In this document: positions 23,032 through 35,200 of the stretch, piece by piece
Position numbering within the stretch: the first letter of the stretch is position 1
Layout of the letters: each line of letters starts with the position of its first letter
Assembly (NCBI GenBank): GCA_965205265.1
Contig: CBDBGH010000003.1
Coordinates: forward strand, 416,001-480,000
DNA length: 64,000 bases
Source of the DNA: Alphaproteobacteria bacterium
Lineage (GTDB): Bacteria; Pseudomonadota; Alphaproteobacteria; Bin95
Direction: 5' to 3'
Program-made: the position numbers and the translations under genes
The notes under the pieces: generated by a model
Told to the model about the DNA's origin: nothing
Seen by the model: only the letters and a program-made list of their open reading frames with translations
The model's database searches: none

Positions 23032-24237
23032 TCATGGCGCGGGACACGGAGGATCGGTCTCGCCCGCCAGGTCGGCGCGGAGGCTCTCGGCGACGCGCGC
23101 CGCCGACGCCTTCACCGAATCGCGCGCGAGATGGGCGTAGCGCGCCGTGGTCTGCACCTTCCGATGGCCGAGCATCCGGCCGATCATCGGCAGGCTCTCG
23201 CCAAGCGCCAGAGCGCGCGAGGCAAAGCTGTGCCTGAGGTCATGGATGCGGACGTCCTTCAGGTCCGCGCGGACCCGCACCGCGAGCCAGGCGTTGTTGA
23301 GGTTGCTGAGCCGCGCGCCCGGCCTCGCTCCGGAAATCACCCAGGGATTGTCCGGCAGGCGCGGTATCCCGGCAAGCACGCGCCGCGCCGCCGGCGAGAA
23401 CGCGACCGAACGCGCGCCGGTCTTCGCGTCGCGCAACCTGATCTCGCCCGCCTCGAGGTCCACATCGGCCCAGCGCAGCGTCAGGACCTCGTTGCGCCGG
23501 CACCCGGTGAGCATCAGCAGGCGGAACGCCGCCACCGCGCTCGGATGCACCCTGCCCTCGGCCTCGACCGCGTCGAGCGTGCGCCCGAGGCGCCGGAACT
23601 CCTCATCGGAGAGGAAGCGCTCGCGGCTCTTCTCCCGATACTTGCGCACGAACCGGCACGGATTGCCGCCCTCCGACGTGATCCCCCACAGCTCGGCCAT
23701 GCGGAAGAGGCGCGAGAGCATGTCCAGGACCCTGTTCGCCATCGCCGGCGTCTCGTGCAGGCTGTAGTGCAGCGCCGCGACGCGTTCGCGGCCGATCTCC
23801 CCGAGGCGCACCGGGCCGAGCGCGGGCAGCAGGTGCCTGTCCAGGACATGCCGGCAATGGCGCACCGTGGTCGGCTTGCAGCGCACCTTGACGTGCTCCG
23901 TCATGCAGCGCTCCGCCACCTCCGCGACCGTGGGGCCGGCGTCCGCCGGGGCCGCACCGCCGTCGGGCGCCGGCTCCCTGCCGGCCTTGAGGTCGGCGAT
24001 GATGCGCGCCGCCTTCGTCCGCGCCCGGTCCGCCGTCATCAGCCCGTGACGCCCGACGGTCAGCCGGCGCGACCTGCCGCCCGCCCGCGTCTGCACGAGG
24101 TAGACCTTCGAACCGCTCGGATACACGCGGACCCCGAAGCCCTGAAGCTTCGAATCCCAGTGGACCGTCTCGCGCTCACCCACCGGCAGCGCCTCCACGG
24201 TCCGGCGCGAGATCCGCTGTGCGTTCAGCTTCGTCAT
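23032..24237 (-). CDS. Tyrosine integrase
   Basis: WDSKLQGFGVRV, TGCRRNE, HDLRHS, LGH, TTARYAH. Confidence 0.93.
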   Translation of the reverse strand: MTKLNAQRISRRTVEALPVGERETVHWDSKLQGFGVRVYPSGSKVYLVQTRAGGRSRRLTVGRHGLMTADRARTKAARIIADLKAGREPAPDGGAAPADAGPTVAEVAERCMTEHVKVRCKPTTVRHCRHVLDRHLLPALGPVRLGEIGRERVAALHYSLHETPAMANRVLDMLSRLFRMAELWGITSEGGNPCRFVRKYREKSRERFLSDEEFRRLGRTLDAVEAEGRVHPSAVAAFRLLMLTGCRRNEVLTLRWADVDLEAGEIRLRDAKTGARSVAFSPAARRVLAGIPRLPDNPWVISGARPGARLSNLNNAWLAVRVRADLKDVRIHDLRHSFASRALALGESLPMIGRMLGHRKVQTTARYAHLARDSVKASAARVAESLRADLAGETDPPCPAP

Positions 24238-24274
24238 CGTCCGCTCCCGGCTGTCCCCGTGTCCGTCGCGCCCG

Positions 24275-25459
24275 TCACGGATCCGTCCGCTCCGTGAGGA
24301 TGTCGGCGCCGATGCTGTCGGCGACCCTCGCCGTCGACGCCTGCACCGACTCCCGCGCAAGGTGCGCGTAGCGGGCCGTGGTGTCGATCTTCCGGTGACC
24401 GAGCAGTTCGCCGATCATGCTCAGGCTCTCGCCGAGCGCGAGCGCCCTGCTGGCGAAGCTGTGGCGCAGGTCGTGAAGGCGGACGCCGTCGAGGTCCGCG
24501 TGCCTGCGGATGCGGTCCCAGGCATCGTTGATGTTGGTCTGGTGAGTACCCTTCTTCCGCCCCGGGAACACCCATGGATTGCCGGCGACGCGCGGCAGTG
24601 CCGCCAACACCGCGGCCGCCGCGGGCGGCATCGGCACGATGCGCGCGCCGGTCTTGCTGTCGGCGAACCGCATCTCGCCCGCCTCGAAGTCGAGGTCGTC
24701 CCAGGCCAGCCCCATGATCTCGTTGCGCCGGCACCCGGTCAGCACCAGCAACCGGATCGCCGCCGCCGAGTGACGGGAGGCGAGACGCTTCGCGGGGGCA
24801 ATGTCGAGCGTGCGTCCGAGCCGTGCGAGTTCCCCGGACGTCAGGAACCGCTCCTTCCGGGGGGCCACCTTGTAGCGGGGCACCGACCGGCAGGGGTTGC
24901 GCCCCGGCGGACGCATCTCCCAGAGTTCCGCCATGTTGAACATCTTCACCAGGATGTCGACGCACCGGTTCGCCACCGTCGGCATGCCGCTCAGACCGAA
25001 CTGGAACGCGAGGATGTCCTTGCGCGCCACCTGCGACACGGGATGCGCTCCCAGGCCCGGCACGATGTGCTTCTTCAGCATCAGGCCGTAGTGCCTGATC
25101 GTATTCGGCTTGCAGTGCATGGCGACGTATTCGCGCTCGTAGCGCTCGGCCAGATCGGCCACGGTCGGCGCGGGTTCGGTCTCCGGCTCGACAGGCGGCA
25201 ATCCGGCCTTGATGCGCGCAAGCAGCTTCGCCGCCTCCCTGCGCGCCTCGGCGGGCGCGATGTCCCCGTGCCGGCCCACGGTCGCGCGGACCGACCTGCC
25301 CTTCGCACGGGCCTGCGCCACATAGACCTTGCGCCCCGTGGGGTAGACGCGAATCCCGAACCCCGGCAGTTCGCTGTCCCAGAACACGCCGTCCTTTCCG
25401 TTGACCGCGAGACGGTCCACGATACGCTTGGTAAGCGTTCGGTGCTGGCGTTCGGGCAT
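24275..25459 (-). CDS. Tyrosine integrase adjacent to right att
   Basis: WDSELPGFGIRV, TGCRRNE, HDLRHS, LGH, TTARYAH. Confidence 0.93.
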   Translation of the reverse strand: MPERQHRTLTKRIVDRLAVNGKDGVFWDSELPGFGIRVYPTGRKVYVAQARAKGRSVRATVGRHGDIAPAEARREAAKLLARIKAGLPPVEPETEPAPTVADLAERYEREYVAMHCKPNTIRHYGLMLKKHIVPGLGAHPVSQVARKDILAFQFGLSGMPTVANRCVDILVKMFNMAELWEMRPPGRNPCRSVPRYKVAPRKERFLTSGELARLGRTLDIAPAKRLASRHSAAAIRLLVLTGCRRNEIMGLAWDDLDFEAGEMRFADSKTGARIVPMPPAAAAVLAALPRVAGNPWVFPGRKKGTHQTNINDAWDRIRRHADLDGVRLHDLRHSFASRALALGESLSMIGELLGHRKIDTTARYAHLARESVQASTARVADSIGADILTERTDP

Positions 25460-25815
25460 GTCCTCGTTCCTCCACCGGGGCGCGAAAGCGTTCGTTCAAG
25501 GTGTGACGATGATGAGGACGACGAGGCCAATTCCGTGGTTTGCCGGGCTTCGCCCGACTTCGCTCTGTGCCATCGTCCCCTCCATCAACGCATGACCGAA
25601 CGCTTTCCCGGGGCGCTGGAAGCCGGTTCGGGCTCGGACGCAGGTCACGTAAGCGGACCGAAAGCGACCGGCTGGAAATCGGGGCGCATTGAAGCGCATC
25701 CGGGGCAGGGATGCAAGGACGGAGATGGGCGATCAGACACACAAATATAGAGAATTGACAATGGTTTATATCAGAAGAGCGCATCCGGGCGCATGCGAGG
25801 CAAGGTAGACAAAAA

Positions 25816-26247
25816 TTGAGTTGTCTTTTCGACACGAACGTCCTGCTGTCGGCGCTGCTGTTCCATTCCGGCGCACTTTCGTGGCTGCGCGCCGCCTGGC
25901 GCTCCGGCGACATCCGCCCGCTCGCCAGCCGGGAGACCGCGGCCGAACTCGTCCGTGTCCTCGCCTATCCGAAATTCGGGTTGGACGCCGAGGAGCGGCG
26001 CGACCTGCTCGACGACTATCTTCCCTTCTGCGAGACGGTCCCCGTGCCGGATCCGCCGCCGGCGGTTCCCGAATGCCGCGACCCTTCCGACCGCCCGTTC
26101 CTGGAACTGGCGCTGGTCGGGCGTGCCGACGCGCTGGTGACCGGCGACGCCGACCTCCTGGCGCTCGCGGGCGCGTTTCCCGTGCCCCTATTGCTGCCCG
26201 CCGGCTTCGGGCGGAGACTGTCCCGCGGCGAAGAAGCGGAGCGGTAG
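25816..26247 (+). CDS. PIN-domain toxin, 3' part with island-supplied TTG start
   Basis: FDTNVLLSALL...CRDPSDRPFLELA..ADALVTGDADLL. Confidence 0.85.
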   Translation: MSCLFDTNVLLSALLFHSGALSWLRAAWRSGDIRPLASRETAAELVRVLAYPKFGLDAEERRDLLDDYLPFCETVPVPDPPPAVPECRDPSDRPFLELALVGRADALVTGDADLLALAGAFPVPLLLPAGFGRRLSRGEEAER

Positions 26248-26298
26248 TCGCCGGGGCGGCGGGCTCCAGTTCTCCCCCTCCGTCCCGGCTGCCCTCAT

Positions 26299-26390
26299 CG
26301 TCGTCCCGGCCGGAGCGCAGCGGAGAGCCGGGGCCTCCTTGAAGCGGAACTCCGGCCGCACAAGGCCCCGGATCGGGGTCCGGGGCGACG
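26299..26390. repeat. REP-like hairpin doublet (CCCCGGATCGGGGTCCGGGG type)
   Basis: CGTCGTCCCGG...CCGGGGCGACG; related half at ~29403-29425. Confidence 0.55.
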
Positions 26391-26432
26391 ATATGGAGCC
26401 GTCGCTATCGGTCCCGGTCGCGACCGCCGGTA

Positions 26433-27206
26433 TTACGCCGGCGGCCGGTGGTTGAGCGGGCCGTGTCCGCGCCCGAGGCCGGGGGCGGTGCGGATCGCCT
26501 CATGCACGAAATCGCCGGCCCGGCGCACGGCCAGGGTGAGGTCGAGGCCCTGGGCCAGGCCGGTCGCCGCGGCGGAAGCCAGCGTGCAGCCCGTGCCGTG
26601 GGTGTGCCTCGTGTCGAGGCGCTCATGCTCGAACACGGTCTCGCCGGAGGGCGTGAGCAGCCTGTCGCGCACGATGGCGCCTTCGCCATGCCCGTCCTTC
26701 AGCAGCACCGCGCCCGCCCCGAGGGCCGCCCAGGAAGGCCAGCCGGGCGCGCGCCCGTCCAGCAGCGCTGCGGCTTCCGGCAGGTTCGGCGTCAGCAGCG
26801 CTGCCAAGGGCAGCATACGCCGGCGAAGCGCGTCCACCGCGTCCTCCCGGAGCAGGCTGTGTCCGCCCTTCGCCACCATGACCGGATCGACCACGACCGG
26901 CACGCCCGGCGCTTCCCGCTCCAGCGTTTCGGCTACCGCCTCGATAACCTCCGCATCGTGCAGCATGCCGGTCTTGACCGCGTCCGCGCCGATGTCCCGC
27001 AGCACGACGCGCATCTGGTCGGCGATGAAGCCGGGCGGCACGGGATGCACGCCGTGGACGCCCTCGGTGTTCTGCGCCGTGAGCGCCGTCACCGCCGTCA
27101 TCGCGAAGCCGCGGAGCGCCGTGCAGGTCTTGATATCCGCCTGGATTCCCGCCCCGCCGCCGGAATCCGAGCCCGCCACGATCAGCAGGCGGCCTTGCAT
27201 TTTCAT
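26433..27206 (-). CDS. thiD: Hydroxymethylpyrimidine/phosphomethylpyrimidine kinase
   Basis: AGSDSGGGAGIQADIK and HTHGTGCTLASA motifs. Confidence 0.95.
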   Translation of the reverse strand: MKMQGRLLIVAGSDSGGGAGIQADIKTCTALRGFAMTAVTALTAQNTEGVHGVHPVPPGFIADQMRVVLRDIGADAVKTGMLHDAEVIEAVAETLEREAPGVPVVVDPVMVAKGGHSLLREDAVDALRRRMLPLAALLTPNLPEAAALLDGRAPGWPSWAALGAGAVLLKDGHGEGAIVRDRLLTPSGETVFEHERLDTRHTHGTGCTLASAAATGLAQGLDLTLAVRRAGDFVHEAIRTAPGLGRGHGPLNHRPPA

Positions 27207-27253
27207 GGACATAGCCCCTGCGATACACGGCTGTGCCGGGAGCGGGAGGACCG

Positions 27254-27633
27254 AGAGACCGTTTGAGAATGGAGTCCATGCGAGGTCCGGTTCCGCCATG
27301 TCCGAACGGCCCCCCTGCGCCATTCCTGGACGCCCCCTCCGTCATACCCGGACTTGTTCCGGGTATCCATGCGGCCGTTCGGCGGAAACAGCGGAGAGAG
27401 ATACCCGGAACAAGTCCGGGTATGACGATATGAGGGTCGGGACGCCGGGCACCGATCCGAGCCTCGATCCGGCCGGCCCCTTCGAAATCGGCTTGAATCC
27501 AAGCCATGCGCCCTGCCCGCCAAAGCTAAACCGGACAACAATGGAACAAGTCCGGGCATGACGAGAAGAGGGTCAGGGCAACACCTTCGATCCTGTCTCG
27601 ATACGCCCGGACGCCAATTCTCAAACGGACACT
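27254..27633. repeat. MITE-like unit with AGAGACCGTTTGAGAAT ends containing REP doublets
   Basis: IRs at 27254-27272 and 27614-27633; REP at 27340-27427 and 27543-27563. Confidence 0.6.
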
Positions 27634-27780
27634 GAGCGCAGCGAGGCATGGTCGCATAGTCTAGGAGAGCCCGGGCCAGGATGGAACCGTGCGCGTCGGA
27701 AACGGGAAGCGCAAGATTCGGGCTGCGGCGGCGGGCGGGGCGTGCGATCCGGCGTTCGCCGCCGCGGAAGACAACGCCCG

Positions 27781-28695
27781 ATGACCGTATCTCGTCCGCC
27801 CGTGCTCGACATGGCTGCATGGGGCCTGCTGGCCGCGTTGTCGCTTGTCTGGGGCGGGTCTTTCTTCTTCGCCGAAGTGGCGCTCGCCGCGCTGCCGCCC
27901 TTCACCATCGTGCTGGCGCGGCTGGCGTTGGGCGCGGCCGGCCTCTGGCTGCTGGTCTGGCTGACCCGCGCGACCCTGCCGACCGGGCTTCGGGACTGGC
28001 GCGATCTTGCGGCGATGGGCCTGCTCAACAACGCCCTCCCGTTCTCGCTCATTGTCTGGGGCCAGCAATGGATCGACGGCGGGCTGGCGAGCGTCCTCAA
28101 CGCCACCACGCCGGTCTTCGGCGCGGTCGCCGCGCACTTCCTGACGAGGGACGAAAAGCTGACCGCCAACCGGCTTGCGGGCGTAGCGATCGGGGTGGCA
28201 GGGGTCGCCGTGCTCGTCGGCCCGGCCGCGCCGGACGGCTCCGGCGGTTATATCGTCGGCTCTGTGGCGGTGCTGGCGGCGGCCGTCTCCTATGCTGCGG
28301 CCGGCCTCTGGGGGCGGCGGTTGCGGCATCTGTCGCCGGTATCGGCGGCGGCGGGGCAGGTCGGCTGCTCGACGCTGATCGTGCTGCCGCTCGCGCTGGC
28401 GCTGGAGCGGCCCTGGCGCCTGCCCGCCCCGCCGCCGGAAGTCTGGGGGGCGCTGGCCGGCATCGGGCTGCTCAGCACCAGCCTCGCCTACCTGTTGTTC
28501 TTCGCCATCCTGCGCCGGGCCGGCGGCAGCAACGTCATGCTGGTGACGCTGATGATCCCGCCGAGCGCGGTGCTGTTGGGCGTCGTGTTTCTGGGCGAGG
28601 AAGTCGGCCCCGGCCAGCTGTTCGGAATGGCGCTCATCGCCGCCGCCCTGCTGGCCATAGACGGCCGCCTCCTGCCCGCTCTGCGCCGGGGATGA
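27781..28695 (+). CDS. DMT/EamA family transporter
   Basis: WGGSFFF, NNALPF and LNATTP motifs, 10 TM segments. Confidence 0.9.
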   Translation: MTVSRPPVLDMAAWGLLAALSLVWGGSFFFAEVALAALPPFTIVLARLALGAAGLWLLVWLTRATLPTGLRDWRDLAAMGLLNNALPFSLIVWGQQWIDGGLASVLNATTPVFGAVAAHFLTRDEKLTANRLAGVAIGVAGVAVLVGPAAPDGSGGYIVGSVAVLAAAVSYAAAGLWGRRLRHLSPVSAAAGQVGCSTLIVLPLALALERPWRLPAPPPEVWGALAGIGLLSTSLAYLLFFAILRRAGGSNVMLVTLMIPPSAVLLGVVFLGEEVGPGQLFGMALIAAALLAIDGRLLPALRRG

Positions 28696-28783
28696 CGCCA
28701 GGGGGTAGGGACGCCATACCTCCCCTCTGTCATGCCCGCTTCAAATGGCCGGCCCGGTGCTCTAGATTCGTCCCCCGGAGACG

Positions 28784-28996
28784 ATGGACATGCTCGACAT
28801 CAAGCCCCGCTACCTTGTCGACGGCGCCGGCCGAAAGACCGGCGCGGTGTTGTCGATGAAGGATTACCGCGCGCTGATGCAGCGCCTGGAAGACCTGGAG
28901 GATACTCTGGAACTGGACCGCGCTGTGGAGACGGCGACCGGTTTTCGCGACTATGCGGAAGTCCGGAAGGATCTGCGGGCGCGTCTTGACGGATGA
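28784..28996 (+). CDS. Putative antitoxin
   Basis: Small acidic protein (AVLSMKDY..LEDLED) overlapping a RelE gene. Confidence 0.7.
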   Translation: MDMLDIKPRYLVDGAGRKTGAVLSMKDYRALMQRLEDLEDTLELDRAVETATGFRDYAEVRKDLRARLDG

Positions 28997-29258
28997 CGGC
29001 GCTTACACCGTAGCTTTGGAACGGAGAGCCGAACGGGAGTTGCGAAGCTTGTCCGATGCGGCCGTTGGCCGAATCGACATCGCATTACGCGGTCTGGCCA
29101 ACAACCCTCGGCCGGTCGGTGCGGTCAAACTCCAGGGCCGGACAGGTTTGGGATGGCGGGTTCGGGTGGGCGAATACCGCATCCTCTACCGCATTGACGA
29201 CAATATCCGCCGCGTCGAGATTTACCGCATCCGACACCGTCGGGACGCTTATCGCTGA
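28986..29258 (+). CDS. RelE/ParE family toxin
   Basis: NPRP.G.VKL.G..WRVRVGEYRILY...HRRDAY; TTG start assumed. Confidence 0.88.
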   Translation: MTDDGAYTVALERRAERELRSLSDAAVGRIDIALRGLANNPRPVGAVKLQGRTGLGWRVRVGEYRILYRIDDNIRRVEIYRIRHRRDAYR

Positions 29259-29399
29259 AGCCCCGCCCGCGCTACCGCCGCCTCGCCCGCATCGGCCGTC
29301 GGCGGAAACGGTGGACGGAGCGGTAGCGGGCCGGGGAAGAAGCCGCCGCCGCTTCTCCCTCCTGCCCCCTGGCTCTCCTCCCGTCGGACGGAGCCCGGC

Positions 29400-29719
29400 A
29401 AAGGTCCCCCGGATCGGGGTCCGGGGCAGGCCCGCCGAGAGAGCCCCCATCCGGCCTACCCCGCAAGCGGGAGAGGAGAAGAAAGGAGCAGGCGAGGGAG
29501 AAGAGGAAGGAGCCGCCGCCGACCGCAACTTCCCCTCTCCCCGCTCGCGGGGAGAGGTCGGGAGAGGGGGCCGGCCGCAAGGCCGGCGGGCGAAGCCCGG
29601 AACAAGTCCCCCGCTTTCGCGAGGGCAGGCCGGGCATGACGGGAAGAGGGCAGGGCAACGCTTTCGGTTCCGCTTCGAACCCCCGGACGCCGCAAACAGC
29701 CAATTCTCAAACGGTCTCT
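29400..29719. repeat. Cluster of REP-like palindromes ending in a MITE-like terminus
   Basis: CTCTCCCCGCTCGCGGGGAGAG hairpin, interrupted REP 29596-29641, CCAATTCTCAAACGGTCTCT at 29700-29719. Confidence 0.6.
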
Positions 29720-31080
29720 CAGACCGCAGCTCGGATGTCGGCCGCAAGGCTCTCCACGATCTCGCCGACGAGATGCTCGTCCTCGGCCTCGGCCATGATG
29801 CGGATCAGCGGCTCGGTGCCGGACTTGCGGATCAGCAGCCGCCCGACGCCGTCGAGCCGGGCTTCGGCATCCGCCACCGCCTGCTGCACGGCGGGCACCG
29901 CCAGCGGGTCGCGCGCGCCGCAGGGCACGTTCTCCAGGCGCTGCGGCAGCGGCTCGAAGAGCGCGAGCGCTTCCGATGCCGGCCTGCCGCCCGCCACCAG
30001 CTCCGCCAGCACCTGCAGCGCCGCCAGCAGGCCGTCGCCGGTCGCGCAATGGTCGCGCAGCACGACATGCCCGGACTGTTCGCCGCCGAGATTGAGGCCG
30101 TTGGCGCGCATGTGCTCGACCACATAACGGTCGCCGACGCGGGTGCGCTCCAGGCCGAGCCCGATGCCGTCCAGATAGCGTTCGAGGCCCAGATTGGACA
30201 TGACCGTCGCCGCGACCGCGCCGCCGCGCAGCCGGCCGCGCCGCTGCCAGGCGGTCGCGATCAACGCCATCACCCGGTCGCCGTCCACCGGCCGGCCGGT
30301 TTCGTCGGCCAGCACCAGGCGGTCGGCATCGCCGTCGAGGGAGAGGCCGATATCGGCGCCATGCTCCCTGACCGCCCGGCAGACGGTTTCCGGATGCGCG
30401 GCCCCGCAGGCGTCGTTGATGTTCATGCCGTCCGGCGAGACGGCGACGGGAATGACCTCCGCGCCGAGCTCCCACAACACGGCGGGCGCCACCCGGTAGG
30501 CGGCCCCGTTGGCGCAATCGACGGCGACCCTGAGCCCGTCGAGCCGCATGCCTTGGGGGAAGCTGCTTTTCACGGCCTCGATATAGCGGCCCTGCGCGTC
30601 CTCCATGCGCCGGGCGCGGCCGAGCGCCTCGGGTGCGGCGCGGCGGCTCTCGACCTCGGCCATGGCCGCCTCGACCGCCTGTTCCTGCGCATCGGAGAGC
30701 TTGTAGCCGTCGGGGCCGAAAATCTTGATGCCGTTATCGTGGAAGGGGTTGTGCGAGGCGGACAGCATGACGCCGAGATCGGCGCGGAGCGAGCGCGTCA
30801 GCACGGAAACCGCGGGCGTCGGCAGCGGGCCGACCGTCACCGCGTCCCAGCCGAGCGCGATGAAGCCGCAGACCAGCGCCGGCTCCAGCAGATAGCCGGA
30901 CAGGCGCGTGTCCTTGGCGATCACGGCGGTGCCGCGCCCGTTGCCGCCGAAGCGCGCCGCCGCCGCCATCGCCGCGCGCATGACCGTCTCCGGCGTCATC
31001 GGCTCGACATTCGCGCGCCCGCGAATGCCGTCCGTGCCGAAAAGCCTGCGGGTTCCGGTCCCGTCCATGGCTTCAAACAT
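29719..31080 (-). CDS. glmM: Phosphoglucosamine mutase
   Basis: [28 protein letters not shown] motifs. Confidence 0.96.
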   Translation of the reverse strand: MFEAMDGTGTRRLFGTDGIRGRANVEPMTPETVMRAAMAAAARFGGNGRGTAVIAKDTRLSGYLLEPALVCGFIALGWDAVTVGPLPTPAVSVLTRSLRADLGVMLSASHNPFHDNGIKIFGPDGYKLSDAQEQAVEAAMAEVESRRAAPEALGRARRMEDAQGRYIEAVKSSFPQGMRLDGLRVAVDCANGAAYRVAPAVLWELGAEVIPVAVSPDGMNINDACGAAHPETVCRAVREHGADIGLSLDGDADRLVLADETGRPVDGDRVMALIATAWQRRGRLRGGAVAATVMSNLGLERYLDGIGLGLERTRVGDRYVVEHMRANGLNLGGEQSGHVVLRDHCATGDGLLAALQVLAELVAGGRPASEALALFEPLPQRLENVPCGARDPLAVPAVQQAVADAEARLDGVGRLLIRKSGTEPLIRIMAEAEDEHLVGEIVESLAADIRAAV

Positions 31081-31906
31081 GGCGAAGCGCCCGCCAGACC
31101 GCAAGCGCGCGGCAGGTCTCCTCGACATCGTGGACCCGCAGCAGGCGCACGCCCCGGTCCAGCGCGAACAGGCCGGCGGCCAGCGACTCGGGGAAGCGGC
31201 GCTTCGGGTCCGGCTCGCCCGAGATGCGCCCGAGCGACGCCTTGCGCGACACGCCGAGCGCGACCGTGCAGCCGAGCGCGCCGAAGCGCTCCAGACCCTG
31301 CAGCAGGGCCAGATTGTGCTCCAGCGTCTTGCCGAAGCCGTAACCGGGATCGACGGCGAGGCGCTCGGGTCCGATGCCCGCCGCCCGGCAGGCCTCGACC
31401 CGTTCGGCGAGGAAGGCGAACACGTCCTCCACCACGTCGTCGTAGCGCGGGTCGTCCTGCATGGTCTCCGGCCCGCCCTGCATGTGGACGAGGACGGCGC
31501 TCGCTCCCGTCTCGGCCACGAGGTCCAGCGAGGCGGGGTCGGCGGTAAGCGCCGAAACGTCGTTGGCGATGCCGGCGCCTGCGGCGAGCGCGGCGCGCAG
31601 CACGCGGGCGTGGCGCGTATCGACGGAGACCGGAATGCCGTCCCCGGCAAGCGCCGCCACCACCGGCAGGATGCGGCGGCATTCCTCCGCCTCATCGACC
31701 TCCACGGCGCCGGGCCGGGTCGATTCCCCGCCGATATCGACAATATCCGCGCCCGCCGCCGCGAGCGCCCGGCCGCGCCCGATGGCGGCCTCCGGGTCGG
31801 ACCAGTCGCCGCCGTCGGAGAAGCTGTCCGGGGTCACGTTCACCACGCCCATGACCAGCGGCCGCCGGGTGGACAGGCCGGCGAAACGGGAAGGTTGGCC
31901 GGGCAT
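31073..31906 (-). CDS. folP: Dihydropteroate synthase
   Basis: [27 protein letters not shown] motifs. Confidence 0.96.
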   Translation of the reverse strand: MPGQPSRFAGLSTRRPLVMGVVNVTPDSFSDGGDWSDPEAAIGRGRALAAAGADIVDIGGESTRPGAVEVDEAEECRRILPVVAALAGDGIPVSVDTRHARVLRAALAAGAGIANDVSALTADPASLDLVAETGASAVLVHMQGGPETMQDDPRYDDVVEDVFAFLAERVEACRAAGIGPERLAVDPGYGFGKTLEHNLALLQGLERFGALGCTVALGVSRKASLGRISGEPDPKRRFPESLAAGLFALDRGVRLLRVHDVEETCRALAVWRALRHV

Positions 31907-31933
31907 GATCGGGACCGGTGCCCGGAGGACCGC

Positions 31934-33874
<1,941 letters not shown>

Positions 33875-33916
33875 ATGCCTCCGGCCGGCGAGGAAAGGTG
33901 AGGGGGTCTTCCGATC

Positions 33917-35200
33917 CTAGTTAAGTTCCGCGCCGCTGGAAACAAGGGCAAATCCCGGGCCCGCCAACGGAGCGCGCGGCCGGAATGTCGCACAGGGATA
34001 TGCCGTTTCGTCAAGATGGCACGCCGTGCCCTCGGGTTCGAGCAGGCGGCCGTCCTCGGAAAAGAAGGCGGGCAGGGCGCGGTCGAGCGCGGCGGGCCAG
34101 GGCCGGGATTCTGCCGCTGCCGCTCGCGGCCGTCGCCCCACCGCAACCGGAGACGGACCCGGATTGACGACCTCGAAGCGCCCGTCCCAAAGGCCGCGTC
34201 CCCCCGGGCCGAGCCGCAGCACCTCCCCGATCCGCCCGGCCTCCCGCCCGCACCACCAGCCGGTGCGGGTCCGCATCACGGCGCAGCCGCCCAGAACGCT
34301 TGCCGCAGGCGCGTCCCTGAGGCGCGCGGCGAGGCCGGCGATTCTGGCGCTGCGGGGCGGATGGACCTTGCCGCCGAGCGTCGCCAGCAGGCGGCCGAGC
34401 GCGGCCCCGCCGTCCGGCGCGGCAAGCATCCGGGCGATATCGACGCGCGCAATGCCGCTGTCATGGAGTTCGACCGTCGCGGCGAGCAGGCCGGCTATGC
34501 GATCCTCCTGCTCTCGACGCCGGGCGGCGCGGGCGGCCGCCTCCCGACCCAACCTTGCCAATTGGGCGGGTGTCATGGCGGCGCGCAGGCGGCCCCGCGC
34601 CGAGGAGGGCGCGAGATTCGTCGGATCGTCGATCCAGCCGACGCCGAGGCGGGCCAGATACGCCTCGAGCTCCTGCCGCGGCCGCTCCAGCAGCGGGCGG
34701 AGCAGGCGCATATCGGCGAGTTCGGAGACGGGCGCCATGGCCGCGAGGCCCAGAGCGCCGCTGCCGCGTTCGGCGCGCATCGCCGCGGTCTCGCCCTGGT
34801 CCTCCAGGTGGTGGCCGAGCAGCAGGTGCAGGGCCCCGGCGTGCCGGCAGGCTTCGGCGAGCAGCTCGTAGCGCGCCTTGCGGGCCGCCGCCTGCACGTT
34901 TCCGCGGGCGAGCGGGCCGGTGCGGGTGAGGATGCGGTGGGGGATGCCGAAAGGCGCAAGCCGGGCGCCCGCGATGGCTGCTTCATCGGCGGATTCGGGC
35001 CTCAGGCGGTGATCGACGGTGAAGGCCAGAAGTTCCCCGCCATGCGCGACGGTCCAGGCCCCGGCCATCAGGGCAAGCGCCATGCTGTCGCGCCCGCCGG
35101 AAACGGCGGCGGCGAGGCGCGGCGCCCTCTCGAACGGACCCAGTCGCGCCATGGCGCAATCGAACGCCGGGTCGGAAGGCGGCGGGTTGGGCGTCAGCAC
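33917..35200 (-). CDS. tilS: tRNA(Ile)-lysidine synthase
   Basis: AVSGGRDS, HHLEDQGET, LLRPLL motifs; synteny. Confidence 0.93.
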   Translation of the reverse strand: MLTPNPPPSDPAFDCAMARLGPFERAPRLAAAVSGGRDSMALALMAGAWTVAHGGELLAFTVDHRLRPESADEAAIAGARLAPFGIPHRILTRTGPLARGNVQAAARKARYELLAEACRHAGALHLLLGHHLEDQGETAAMRAERGSGALGLAAMAPVSELADMRLLRPLLERPRQELEAYLARLGVGWIDDPTNLAPSSARGRLRAAMTPAQLARLGREAAARAARRREQEDRIAGLLAATVELHDSGIARVDIARMLAAPDGGAALGRLLATLGGKVHPPRSARIAGLAARLRDAPAASVLGGCAVMRTRTGWWCGREAGRIGEVLRLGPGGRGLWDGRFEVVNPGPSPVAVGRRPRAAAAESRPWPAALDRALPAFFSEDGRLLEPEGTACHLDETAYPCATFRPRAPLAGPGFALVSSGAELN

